Source: Octopus sinensis
Taxonomy: Eukaryota
Assembly (NCBI RefSeq): GCF_006345805.1
Contig: NW_021824409.1
Location: forward strand, 1-21,546
Reading direction: 5' to 3'
Length of the DNA: 21,546 nucleotides
Every line of letters starts with the position of its first letter. Within the stretch, counting starts at the first letter, position 1. Made by a program: the position numbers and the translations under genes. Of the stretch, positions 9,817-20,093 are shown piece after piece. The notes beneath the pieces are model-generated. The model did no database searches. It saw nothing but the letters and a program-made list of their open reading frames with translations, and had not been told where the DNA came from.

Positions 9817-10008
9817 CTGATTTCAAATTTTGGCACAAGGCCAGCAATTTTGGGGAAAGAGATAAATCAATTACATCGGCCCTAGTGCTCAACTATCAAC
9901 CCCGAAAGGATGAAAGGCAAAGTCGACCTTGGACTCAAAACATAAGGACGAACAAAATGCCGCTAAGCATTTTGCCCGGCGTGCTAACAATTCTGCCAGC
10001 TTGCCACC
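9817..10008 (-). mobile_element. tRNA-derived SINE of the same family, inverted and diverged
   Basis: Reverse complement GGTGGCAAGCTGGCAGAATTGTTAGCACGCCGGGC...GTCGACTTTGCCTTTCATCCTTTCGGGG...GGCCTTGTGCCAAAATTTGAAATC. Confidence 0.9.
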
Positions 10009-10267
10009 TTAATTTATTCCAATATATTAACCGTATTTACTTTATAAACCACCACAAACCCAATAATACAGTTATTTTGAAGTATTTCTTTAAGTAACTC
10101 GTTGCCATGGTACCATTATATGCAAATCTGTTTATACAGCAGGCTTTATCTTTGTGAAATATTGTTAAATTTCCTGAATGACACTGCTTTTATGGGATCA
10201 TTCAATATGCGAGAGATAGCATCAAAATTGCCTCAAAATCGTACAATACTTCTTCAAAAAGCAAGGG

Positions 10268-10544
10268 TGGAGACACATGGCCTAGTGGTTAGAGCAGCGG
10301 ACTCGCGGTCGAGGGATCGCGGGTTCGAATCTCAGACCGGGCGATGTGTGTGTTTATGAGCGAAAACACCTAAGCTCCACGCGGCTCCGGCAGAAGGTAA
10401 TGGCGAACTTCTGACTCTTTCGCCACAACTTTCTCTCACTCTTTCCTCCTGCATCTTGCAGCTCACCTGCGACAGACCGGCGTCCCGTCCAGGTGGGGGC
10501 CCTATACGCCAAGGAAACCGGGAAACCGGCCCTTATGAGAAAAA
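10268..10544 (+). mobile_element. Young full-length tRNA(Arg-like)-derived SINE with poly(A) and 12-bp TSD
   Basis: A box TGGCCTAGTGGTTAG, B box GGGTTCGAATC, V-domain-like CCTGCGACAGACCGGCGTCCCGTCCAGG, A tail; AAAAAGCAAGGG at 10256-10267 and 10545-10556. Confidence 0.92.
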
Positions 10545-11070
10545 AAAAAGCAAGGGCACTGTGGAAATGCAGTGTTGAAAAAAGATCATAGGTTGTCTCG
10601 ATGGTTAGAACTGACTTCTTCTAGTCACAAAAGTTGAAGAAAATGCAAGATTTTTGTAATCCGACGAGAGGAGGATAAGAAGGAAGAGGAGAAAAAAGCT
10701 GATTTACAATAATGCAATATCATTATATTATAAGCAATAATACAAAGCGACTGTAAGTTATTAAAAGAGAAATCATGTCTAATATTGGTACTACTTGGAT
10801 ATATTTTGTAAGATGAGTAAAATCGCTAAACCTGATATAGTATGGAAGAAGATGACTTGTGAAAATACATCTTTCTTAGTAAAACAACAAAGTATTCAGA
10901 TTTTGAGATGGCGCCCAACAAATTACAGTCAATGCAGTGATGTCGCTTCCAGGAAATACAAGCCGGAAGTAAAAAAAGGAGTGATCTAAATAACAGTTTT
11001 TACTTACTGGTAATCTTTTAACTCCAAGTAAATATTTGTTCTGTAAAAAAAGAAAAAAGGTATTATTATT

Positions 11071-11118
<48 letters not shown>

Positions 11119-11121
<3 letters not shown>

Positions 11122-11722
11122 TAGTCTTGTTTTTATCACGTGCTTTCACTTCACTACCGAGCGCAGCTCTGTGTGCCTTGGGTATGTGCTGTGGTTTGTT
11201 GTGATGTTCTTATATTCACCGTACCGAAAGTGTTTTATGTAGAATGTATGCGGTGCCTCGTAGTGCTATTTCCTGTATGTTATATATACTTGTCAGTCCT
11301 GATGTTTTTGTTATGTATTTGTCTGAATGTTTTTTTTTTATCATACCTAATGCGCCTACTATGATAGGAATTCTTTCTGTTTTTAGACTCCACATTCGAG
11401 TTACTTCTATTTCCAGATCTTTGTATTTTGAAAGTTTCTCCGTTTCTTTTAGAGAAACGTTGTCATCTGTTGGTATTGATACATCAATCAGAACGAATTT
11501 TTTTCTTGGTGATCTCTGACAACCATATCCGGCCTATTGGCCTTAATTTCTCTATCTGTGTGAATTCGCATATCCCAGAGTATGGTTGCTTTCTCACTTT
11601 CTGTGACTTTTCTGGTGTGTGCCTATACCATCTTTTTTTGTTGTTATTCCATAGTGTTGGCATAGCTTCCAGTGTATGTAGGTCCCAACTCTGTCGTGTC
11701 TGTGAATATATTCCTTCTTGTA
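11119..11722 (-). mobile_element. 5'-truncated RLE non-LTR retrotransposon, family A, second copy
   Basis: KKEYIHRHDRVGTYIHWKLCQHYGITTKKRWYRHTPEK...ATILWD...NRPDMVVRD...LIDVSIPTDDNVSLKETEKLSKYKDLEIEVTRMW...IPIIVGALG; same 3' terminal CAGTAGTC abutting (ATT)n at 11061-11118. Confidence 0.93.
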
Positions 11723-11801
11723 TTTGTCAGCTTTCTTAAAGACTGAAAACGGTTTTTTGTCTGAAATTTTAGGGTGTTTCCATTATTTTGTCCAACCCCT
11801 G
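11723..11801. mobile_element. Solo terminal fragment of a Tc1-like DNA transposon
   Basis: Reverse complement of 11773-11803 is TA|CAGGGGTTGGACAAAATAATGGAAACACC, a typical Tc1-type end with flanking TA; no partner end found in the window. Confidence 0.7.
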
Positions 11802-12170
11802 TATATGCGCGATATGGTGATCTCATATCAAGATAAACAGTGCATAACTTTGCAGGTGGCGCCCAGTTGAAATTTTCTTCAGGTCGAGTAGCCCATTTCG
11901 CTCAAAAGGTCCCTGAATAGGGGTTGTTTAAGGATTTTGAACGAAACACCCATGTTTCCAAAGGTGAATTATCCAAGCCCCAAAGAATAGCTATGATGTT
12001 CTCCCACTACTTCCGCTCGTGATCAGAGATGCACATATCGTCAGCTACCAAGGAACATACTCAATTGGTTAAGGTCCAACAACTGACAAGCAAATCTGTG
12101 GTATTGAGCAGAATATTTGCCGTAGCCCATCTTTTATACCAAGAGAAAACAATGTACACGATAACACTTC
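11802..12170. mobile_element. Partial second copy of element X
   Basis: Colinear with about 6558-6910 (e.g. CCCATGTTTCCAAAGGTGAATTATCCAA, CAACTGACAAGCAAATCTGTGGTATTGAGC). Confidence 0.85.
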
Positions 12171-12310
12171 CACGACTTTCATGTAACCCCACATTGTATT
12201 TGTCCTATGCTGTCCATAAGGATTTTTGTCAATGTAAACCCTTTGTGGTTAATAAAGAAATCAACATTATTATTATTATTATCATTATTATTATTATTAT
12301 TATTATTATC

Positions 12311-12505
12311 GGCAACTCGTCCGTCCGCCTTTACGTTCTAAGTTGAAATTCCACCAAGGTCGACTTTGCCTTTCATCCTTTCGGGGTCGATAAATTAAGT
12401 ACCAGTGAAACACTGGAGGTCAATGTAATCGATTTATCCCCTCCCCCAAATGGCTGCCCTTGTGGCAAAATTTGAAACCATTATTATTATTGTTGTTGTT
12501 GTTAA
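12311..12505 (+). mobile_element. 5'-truncated tRNA-derived SINE with (ATT)n(GTT)n tail
   Basis: GGTCGACTTTGCCTTTCATCCTTTCGGGGTCGATAAATTAAGTACCAG and tail GCCCTTGTGGCAAAATTTGAAACC. Confidence 0.9.
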
Positions 12506-12659
12506 GATAAAGGTAGGGCAGCCGCACTCTGCTATCATTTATGTAAATAAGCAAGACATCACATCAAGTTTGTCTTTTGTAGAAGCAAGAAACAAAAAAT
12601 ACACTTATGCACAAAAAAGTTAGACACTCGGGCGTCAGCTGCAACAGAAAGGAGGCTGC

Positions 12660-13076
12660 ACTCATACACATATAGGCACGAATGCACACACATACATACA
12701 CGGACATACATATATACACATACATACAAATACACACACATGTACTCGCGCGTACATATACAAACATACATGAACACGCACACACACAGACACACACATA
12801 AGCACATATACACGTATACGCATACACACATGCACACATGCACGCATACACACATTCACGCATACACAGATGCACGCATACACACACGCTCACACACACA
12901 CATATAAGCACATACACACATATACGCATACACACATGCACGCACGCACATACACACACACACAAGCACATACACGCATATACGCATACACATGCACGCA
13001 TACACACATGCACGCATACACACACACACACACACACGCACACACACACGCACATATACGCATACACACATGCACG

Positions 13077-13108
<32 letters not shown>

Positions 13109-13110
13109 GC
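12660..13110. repeat. Degenerate (CA)n / CACATG / CGCATA compound microsatellite
   Basis: Direct reading; source of the His-Thr and Val-Cys ORFs. Confidence 0.95.
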
Positions 13111-13224
13111 AAATGTAAACAATTTGCTTCTCTGAATTGTTCCTTAATGTTTTCTTTTCACTTCCGGATCTTTTCATTGGAAGACATCTGCTTTTTAACC
13201 CCGTTTCTGTGCTTCACTATCGAT

Positions 13225-13403
13225 ACATACACTCACATACACACACAAATATATATATACATACATACACATAAACACACCTACGTGCGTGCGCACAGGC
13301 ACATACACACACGTATCTATATGTGTATTTGTATGAGTGTGTAACGTATTTCTTTATCTCTACATACGTATACATACACACACAAATACACATATATATA
13401 TAC

Positions 13404-13467
<64 letters not shown>

Positions 13468-13485
13468 GCATATTTGACTTCTGCG

Positions 13486-13522
<37 letters not shown>

Positions 13523-13543
13523 CACGCATATTTGACTTCTGCG

Positions 13544-13585
<42 letters not shown>

Positions 13586-13606
13586 TTATATATATATATA
13601 TATAAT
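13225..13606. repeat. (CA)n/(TA)n microsatellite block with an embedded duplicated 21-mer
   Basis: Long pure TA runs; ACGCATATTTGACTTCTGCGT at 13466-13486 and 13524-13544. Confidence 0.95.
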
Positions 13607-14247
13607 AGAATGAATGTTTTTATATATAATGAACGTGAAATACAGGAAGGGACGAACACGGAACACAGACAAATCATTCGAAGCCTTCAATCTTCAGTCA
13701 GACACCGAATCATCATAGCAATTTCGGCTGTTCAATTCTGATATTGCTCCAACTCGGCCCAACCCCAGAAAAAAAACTAAGCTGTAAGCATTAGATTTCT
13801 TGGTAGAAGACAGGATGTGAACGCACAAGACGGATGTGAATACAAGAGACGAAAACGAAATTGAAAACAGTAATGATAAATAACAAAATATATATAACGG
13901 TGGTTGTCATACGACTTAGACCAATGAGACAAAAACAACAACAACAACATAGCTGGCGTAGAAATAATTACCGTTTCGGTAGCGGGGACACATGTTGGTC
14001 GCGAGATACGAAGGCCAACAGAATGGTTTAAGAAGCAGCAGGTCGCAGGAGAGAGAGAAAGAGAGACAGAGAGAGAGGGAATCAAAGAGGGTGGAAGGCA
14101 GTGGACAGAATCAGTGACCAAGAGAAAAGGAGAAAGAAGGGATTAAGGAGATGGGAGGAAGAGGGGAGGAGGATGGAGGAAGAGAGGGAAGATCGGAGGG
14201 CGCCAAAAAGTTTGGTGAAGAAGCAATGGCGGGTAGGAAAGACAGTG

Positions 14248-14294
<47 letters not shown>

Positions 14295-14582
14295 GCGTGC
14301 TATAGCTATAAAGATGTATTTATATTTCTGTAGTTTTAGAGGTCTCTTCACTTTTCTCACTCTCTTTTTTGATTTTCTCTCGTTCTCTCTCTCGTTCTCT
14401 GCCTGTCTGTCTGTTTGTTTCTCTCTCTCCACCCCGTCTTCCCCCCTTTCTCTCTCTGTCTGTATATATATATATCTTTCATTCACTCTCCCTCTCTTTG
14501 CATCATATGTCATTCACATCTTCATCATTAAGCTTGTCCTTTGAAATAAATCATTCAACCAGTTAATCAACGAATATTCTTA

Positions 14583-14743
14583 GGCGCAGGAGTGGCTGTG
14601 TGGTAAGAAGCTTGCTTCCCAACCACATGGTTCCGGGTTCAGTCCCATTGCGTGGCACCTAGGGCAAGTTTTCTACTATAGCCTCGGGCCGACCAAAGCC
14701 TTGTGATTGGATTTGGTAGACAGAAACTGAAAGAAGCCCGTCG
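14583..14743 (+). mobile_element. 5' half of a tRNA-derived CORE-type SINE
   Basis: A box TGGCTGTGTGGTAAG, B box GGGTTCAGTCC, CORE-like ACCTAGGGCAAGT (cf. MIR core ACCTTGGGCAAGT), then (TA)n at 14744-14808. Confidence 0.88.
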
Positions 14744-14754
14744 TATATATATAT

Positions 14755-14808
<54 letters not shown>

Positions 14809-14812
<4 letters not shown>

Positions 14813-15015
14813 ATCCAAACATGAAAACACTAAGCGAAAACACAACAACGCGAGGACGTGGAACAAATATAGTATTATTGGACGCTCAGGAAAGTAGGAA
14901 AGAAGGAGGGTATAACGTTTCGAGCGGAGCTCTTCGTCAGAAACATAGGAAAAGGAAAGATCCAAAGAAGGGAAGACGGAGGAAAAAAAATCGCCAACGG
15001 TACACACGCGGTCAC

Positions 15016-15018
<3 letters not shown>
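14809..15018 (-). mobile_element. 210-bp (TA)n-flanked element carrying a hammerhead-like motif (Penelope-like/retrozyme-like candidate)
   Basis: Complex sequence bounded by pure (TA)n on both sides; contains the motif at 14910-14944. Confidence 0.55.
14910..14944 (-). ncRNA. Minimal type I hammerhead ribozyme-like motif
   Basis: Minus strand GUUU-CUGACGA-A-GAGC(UCC)GCUC-GAA-ACGU-U-AUAC: both catalytic boxes, 4-bp helix II, palindromic ACGU helix III, helix I with 3 of 4 pairs. Confidence 0.65.
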
Positions 15019-15057
<39 letters not shown>

Positions 15058-15440
15058 AATGAAAGACGGAAGATGGAATATACGAGAATTTATAATTAAT
15101 CACGACAATTGTTTCGACACATCTAGCATCGATTCCTCTTGGGTGGGATAATCAATAGCTGGTTCAGGAGCATCCGGTGGTGCAGATGTATCTCGTTGGG
15201 TGATAAGTGAATACAACTCGTTAAAATGACTGTTCAACAATGTAACTTCTCGTTTTGTAGAGAGAAAAGCAGCCAGGCAGAGGAAATATCTTCATTTATA
15301 TAGAAGATCAAAAATAAAATCACAGATGAAAAACAAAAAAGAGAAACAAACACGCAATCCAGCGAGAAAAGTATTAAAAATAACCTTTAACAAATATGGA
15401 CGTATGAATGCGCTCGGGCAAGATGCATGGCGCGTGTACA

Positions 15441-15620
15441 CCCACCATCGTTTGACAACCCATGTTGGTGTGCTTACGTCCCCGTAACTTAGCGGTTCGG
15501 CAAAACAGACCGATAGAATAAATACTAGGCTTACAAAGATCTGGGGTGGATTTGTTCGACTAAAGGCGGTGCTCCAGCATAGCCGCAGTCAAATGACTGA
15601 AATAAGTAAAAGAATAAAAG
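15441..15620 (+). mobile_element. 3' half of the tRNA-derived SINE
   Basis: CCCACCATCGTTTGACAACC...CGTAACTTAGCGGTTCGGC...GGCGGTGCTCCAGCATAGCCGCAGTCAAATGACTGAAATAAGTAAAAGAATAAAAG. Confidence 0.88.
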
Positions 15621-15736
15621 AAATAATCTACTTTTCTCGAGTTTGCTTTTGTTGTCTACATCCCAAGGATAGGCTTTGTATCTTTGTCAGAAACCGCTCC
15701 TTCCTCAGAGGGCGAATTTAAATAATTAAAAAGAGG

Positions 15737-16164
15737 ATGGGTGGATGGATGGACGGATACATACGTACGTACATACATACATGCATACGTACGTACATAC
15801 ATACGTACGTATACACGTACGTACATACACACACACATACATATATATACACACACATACATACACACATATACACACACATACACACACATACACACTA
15901 CATACATACACACATACATACACACATACACACATACATACACACATACACACACACACACATACATACATACACACACACATACACACATACACACACA
16001 TACACACACACATACACACACACATACATACACACACGCACACACACACACATATACATACATACATACATACATACATACATTCATATACATACATGCA
16101 TACATACATACATACATACATACATACATACATACATACATACATACATACATACATACATAAA
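15737..16164. repeat. (CATA)n/(CA)n microsatellite
   Basis: Direct reading. Confidence 0.95.
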
Positions 16165-16166
16165 TA

Positions 16167-17530
16167 CAAGATGTCCCGGATTTAAGGCAATCGAAGCTTT
16201 GTGCTTTGATAACTATCAATAAATGTGATAAGATATGAAAATTATACATCATTATAAAAACTTAGTGTGTCTTCTTTTTGTTTCAGACTAAATAAATTCA
16301 GATTTATAAATTAGATAATGGCCGAAATACAATCATAACCCTCTACAAAGAAGGTGAAAGTAATACATCTATAGCAAAAAAGCTTAAAATTAACTGAACA
16401 ACAGTCTGGAAAATTGTCAAAAAATTTCAAGAGACTGGTTCTCCCGCTGATCAACCTGGATGTGGCCAAAAAAAAAAAAAGTGCGCGGGCCCCTCAGCTT
16501 ATCAAAAATACCAGACAAAAGATACGGTGAAATCCTCGTCGTGTCATCAGAAAATTGCCTGCAACAGCAAAAGTAAACCGAGCATCGATGTATCGAGTGC
16601 TGAAGGAGGATTTCAAGAGCCACTCCTATAAGACGATCGGGTGGTGAGGTTTTCAATGCTCTTTAGGACACACACTCCACTTGAGAAAATGCCGAAATAA
16701 TTACATAACGCTGTGTTTTATGTCATATCTGTTTTTATATGTCTTAAAAGAAGTCGGTTCTGCTGGCCCTTTCATGACTGCCAGCCTTTATAAGGCCATG
16801 AGACTGGAAATAAGTCGTCTTATCCCGCATCAGATTGCTGGAGGCACGCCGCCCAACCTGGTGTTCACTGATAAAAAGAAATTTGACATTGAACAGACAG
16901 TAAACCACCAGAACCACCGACTTTGGAGTGCATCTGGCACCGACGAGGGTAGATTCGTAAATCGACGTCAAAATCCAGAGTCAGTAATGGTTTGGGTGGC
17001 TGTGACAGCCGCTGCAAGGTCTCCTTTCGCTTTTGTGCCCTCATGTGTTAAAATTAACACCCAGCGACATTCTGGAAGCTGAACTGCCTCCATGGGTGAA
17101 TGAGCACTTTCAAGACGCACGGGCTTTGGAACCTCCATGACTCGGGCACCACAGCTCTAAACAGACACAACAATGGATTCAGAAAAAAACATTCCGTCGT
17201 TCATACACAAGGACGTATGGCCCTTAAGAAGCCCCACACTTAACCCATTGGATTTTTCTGCTTGGTCCATTTTGGAGACAAGAGTCTCGAGCACTCCTCA
17301 TGCTTCACTCGATGCTCTAAAGGCAAAACTGCACCAGGAATGGGCTTCGATTCCGCAAGAATAGAACGTGCTGCGTATGAAGCATTGGAATCTAGACTTA
17401 AGGCTGTCAAATCGAATAAATGTGGTAGTGTTTCCTTTACAATTGCATTGCAACGCTCGGACCCGAAATATAACAATATTTTGCTTTGGCAAAATTGAAA
17501 AGAGTTGCCTTAATTTTGGGACACATTATG
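16167..17530 (+). mobile_element. Full-length decayed Tc1/mariner transposon, probably maT/DD37D type
   Basis: Imperfect TIRs sharing TGTCCC...TTAAGGCAA, TA on both sides (16165-16166, 17531-17532). HTH region IITLYKEG..N..IAKKL.IN.TTVWKIVKKF.ETG; catalytic region VFTDKKKF, SVMVW, WP..SPTLNPLDFS.W with terminal D. Stops and frameshifts present. Confidence 0.9.
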
Positions 17531-17699
17531 TACGTACATACACTCATGCCTGCATGCATATACATAATGTATGCATACACATAATGCATGCATGCATACA
17601 TACATACATACATACACACACACACATACAAACATACATACATACATACATACATCATACATACATACATGCATGCATACAGATTCAAGTCATCACTGA

Positions 17700-17756
17700 A
17701 ACTAAAAATCTAAAACTTTCCAGAAGTTTATCATTCAAGTATATATAAACATGTAT

Positions 17757-17807
<51 letters not shown>

Positions 17808-17948
17808 TACATACATACATACATACATACATACATACATACATACATACAAAAATACCCGGTCGATGTTGTTGAAATTCCAATGAAGGAGCCTTGAATC
17901 TAGGTTAGAAACCGGTTCTTTCTCTATTGGCAAGAAATCATGAAATAA
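17700..17948 (+). mobile_element. Extreme 3' end of family C RLE retrotransposon with internal (CA)n/(CATA)n
   Basis: AAAACTTTCCAGAAGTTTATCATT (KTFQKFII), microsatellite, then AAAATACCC...GATGTTG..GAAATTCCAATGAAGGAGCCTTG..TCTAGGTTAGAAAC; same order as 20470-21070. Confidence 0.8.
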
Positions 17949-18075
17949 TGACGTACGTTCCAATATGCACACGCTCTCACACACTTACTCACCCTCTCTC
18001 TCTCTCACTCACTCACACACACATACATACACACACACATTAGAATGTGTAGTTGTGTATGTATATCAAAAGAAA

Positions 18076-18160
18076 TACTGAGTCTAGTTGATAGTCTACG
18101 GCCCTCGAGGCGGTGCTTAAGCATGGCCATAGTTCAATGACTGTAACCGGTAAAAGAGTA
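18076..18160 (+). mobile_element. Diverged SINE 3' tail fragment
   Basis: GGCGGTGCTTAAGCATGGCCATAGTTCAATGACTGTAACCGGTAAAAGA. Confidence 0.7.
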
Positions 18161-18192
18161 ATAAGCAATATATATATATATATGCGCCCGCG

Positions 18193-18236
<44 letters not shown>

Positions 18237-18443
18237 TGCGTGCGTATGCGTGTGTGTGTGTGTGTGCATGCGGCGGCGGGGGAGGGCATTTCTGGCTTAA
18301 TATTGTCAAATTGTCACTTGTCTAGTTCTTTAGCACCCTCGGGACAGTAAATATAACTGTAAATTCGTTAGTGACCTCAGAAGGCAATTCTCAGATCTTA
18401 CTTGCAATCTTTGCTTACATAATCAGGAAACCAATGTGAGTGA

Positions 18444-18445
<2 letters not shown>

Positions 18446-18507
<62 letters not shown>

Positions 18508-18512
18508 AGAGA
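18446..18512. repeat. (GA)n microsatellite
   Basis: Direct reading. Confidence 0.95.
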
Positions 18513-18674
18513 AGCAGCTGGCCGTGGTACGTCGTCGAATATTGAGATAGGAACAAACACGATGAGCTTTCATCAATAGAGTTGTAAACAAATAGAAACC
18601 ACAATGGACAAATAACAATGGCAGCAATAAGGAAAAAAATTAAAGTACAGTCTGCTAAGCATTCGCTTACATCC

Positions 18675-18785
18675 ATGTGTGTGCGTTGATGCGTGTGCGT
18701 TGATGTGTGCGTGTGTGTGTGTGTTTGTGTATACGATATATAATATATATGTATATGTATATATATGTGTGTGTATATATATATA

Positions 18786-18830
<45 letters not shown>

Positions 18831-18859
18831 ATATATATATGTATGTATGTATATATATA

Positions 18860-18890
<31 letters not shown>

Positions 18891-19125
18891 GTGTATATAT
18901 ATATATATATGTGTGTGTATATATATATGTGTATATATATATATGTGTATATATATGTGTGTATATATATATGTATATATATATATGTATATATATATAT
19001 GTATATATGTGTATATATATATGTATATATATATGTGTGTGTGTATATATGTATATGTGTGTGTGTATATATATATATATATATAATGTATGTGTATGTA
19101 TGTATGTATGTATGTATTATGTATG
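18675..19125. repeat. (TA)n/(TG)n compound microsatellite
   Basis: Direct reading. Confidence 0.95.
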
Positions 19126-19284
19126 TACCTGCCAACGAACATATTCACATAGATAGAAAAATGGAAGACCTGTATGCAGTCTGAATCACACACGAATACA
19201 CAAGCACAAAATGGAGGCATATAAATAACATATGTCGGGAAAATACACGCTGGAAATAAATATTGAGTTCACATGTAGTTATGC

Positions 19285-19369
19285 TCACACACACACGCGC
19301 ACGCACGCACACGCAGACGCACACACACACGCGTATTAATCTATGTCATATGAACTTGTGTTTTGTGTG

Positions 19370-19400
<31 letters not shown>

Positions 19401-19418
19401 CATATATATATATAATAT

Positions 19419-19470
<52 letters not shown>

Positions 19471-19588
19471 GTACCACACACACACATATATATGATATAA
19501 ATGAATAAATGGTATGTGTGTGTATGTATATATATATATATATATATATAAGTGTGTGTGTGTATATATATATATATACATATATATA

Positions 19589-19640
<52 letters not shown>
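19285..19640. repeat. (CA)n/(TA)n/(TG)n compound microsatellite
   Basis: Direct reading. Confidence 0.95.
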
Positions 19641-19643
<3 letters not shown>

Positions 19644-19959
19644 GCGTCACCACACAATATATTTTTTCTATATCATCAGAACCTTACACATTTGCACACA
19701 GCAGTCTCTGTGTGCAAATGTGCATAGATGCATCTAAGCAGTAACAGCTCCTACCAAATACATATCTCAGTCGGTGCACATCTATCCCATAATCCTCTGC
19801 GCTTTACAGCTATTTATACTAAACTGTCTGTTTGCACGTTTTTTAATCTCTACCAGGAATTTTCTTTCGGCAATATTAATATCTCTTTGCTGCTTCAGAT
19901 TAATTTATTTCACAATAAATAGGCTGCACCAGAAGTACGGTTTTCATATGCATATTTTT

Positions 19960-20043
19960 ATATATACACACACGCATAGACAGGCGTATAAACGAATATG
20001 TATTACAATTTACATGCACAGGAAACGAAAACTGATGTTTGTG

Positions 20044-20093
<50 letters not shown>

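Noticed and set aside
10268-10345. Possible functional tRNA-Arg gene, likewise the heads at 9164, 14583 and 21336
   Set aside because: No closing acceptor stem; each runs into SINE body sequence.
12559-13535. Many overlapping His-Thr, Val-Cys and Ile-Tyr ORFs, also at 15656-16252, 17368-17984 and 18398-20422
   Set aside because: Translations of stop-free dinucleotide and tetranucleotide repeats, open on both strands; no coding signal.
13660-13700. Minus-strand CUGAAGA...CGAAU...GUC in a (TA)n-adjacent sequence
   Set aside because: GAAA box incomplete and helix I does not pair; the surrounding 13607-14040 may be a repeat but no second copy is in the window.
15670-15715. Minus-strand CUGAGGA followed by a short stem
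   Set aside because: Followed by GACA rather than GAAA; no cleavage triplet or helix I.
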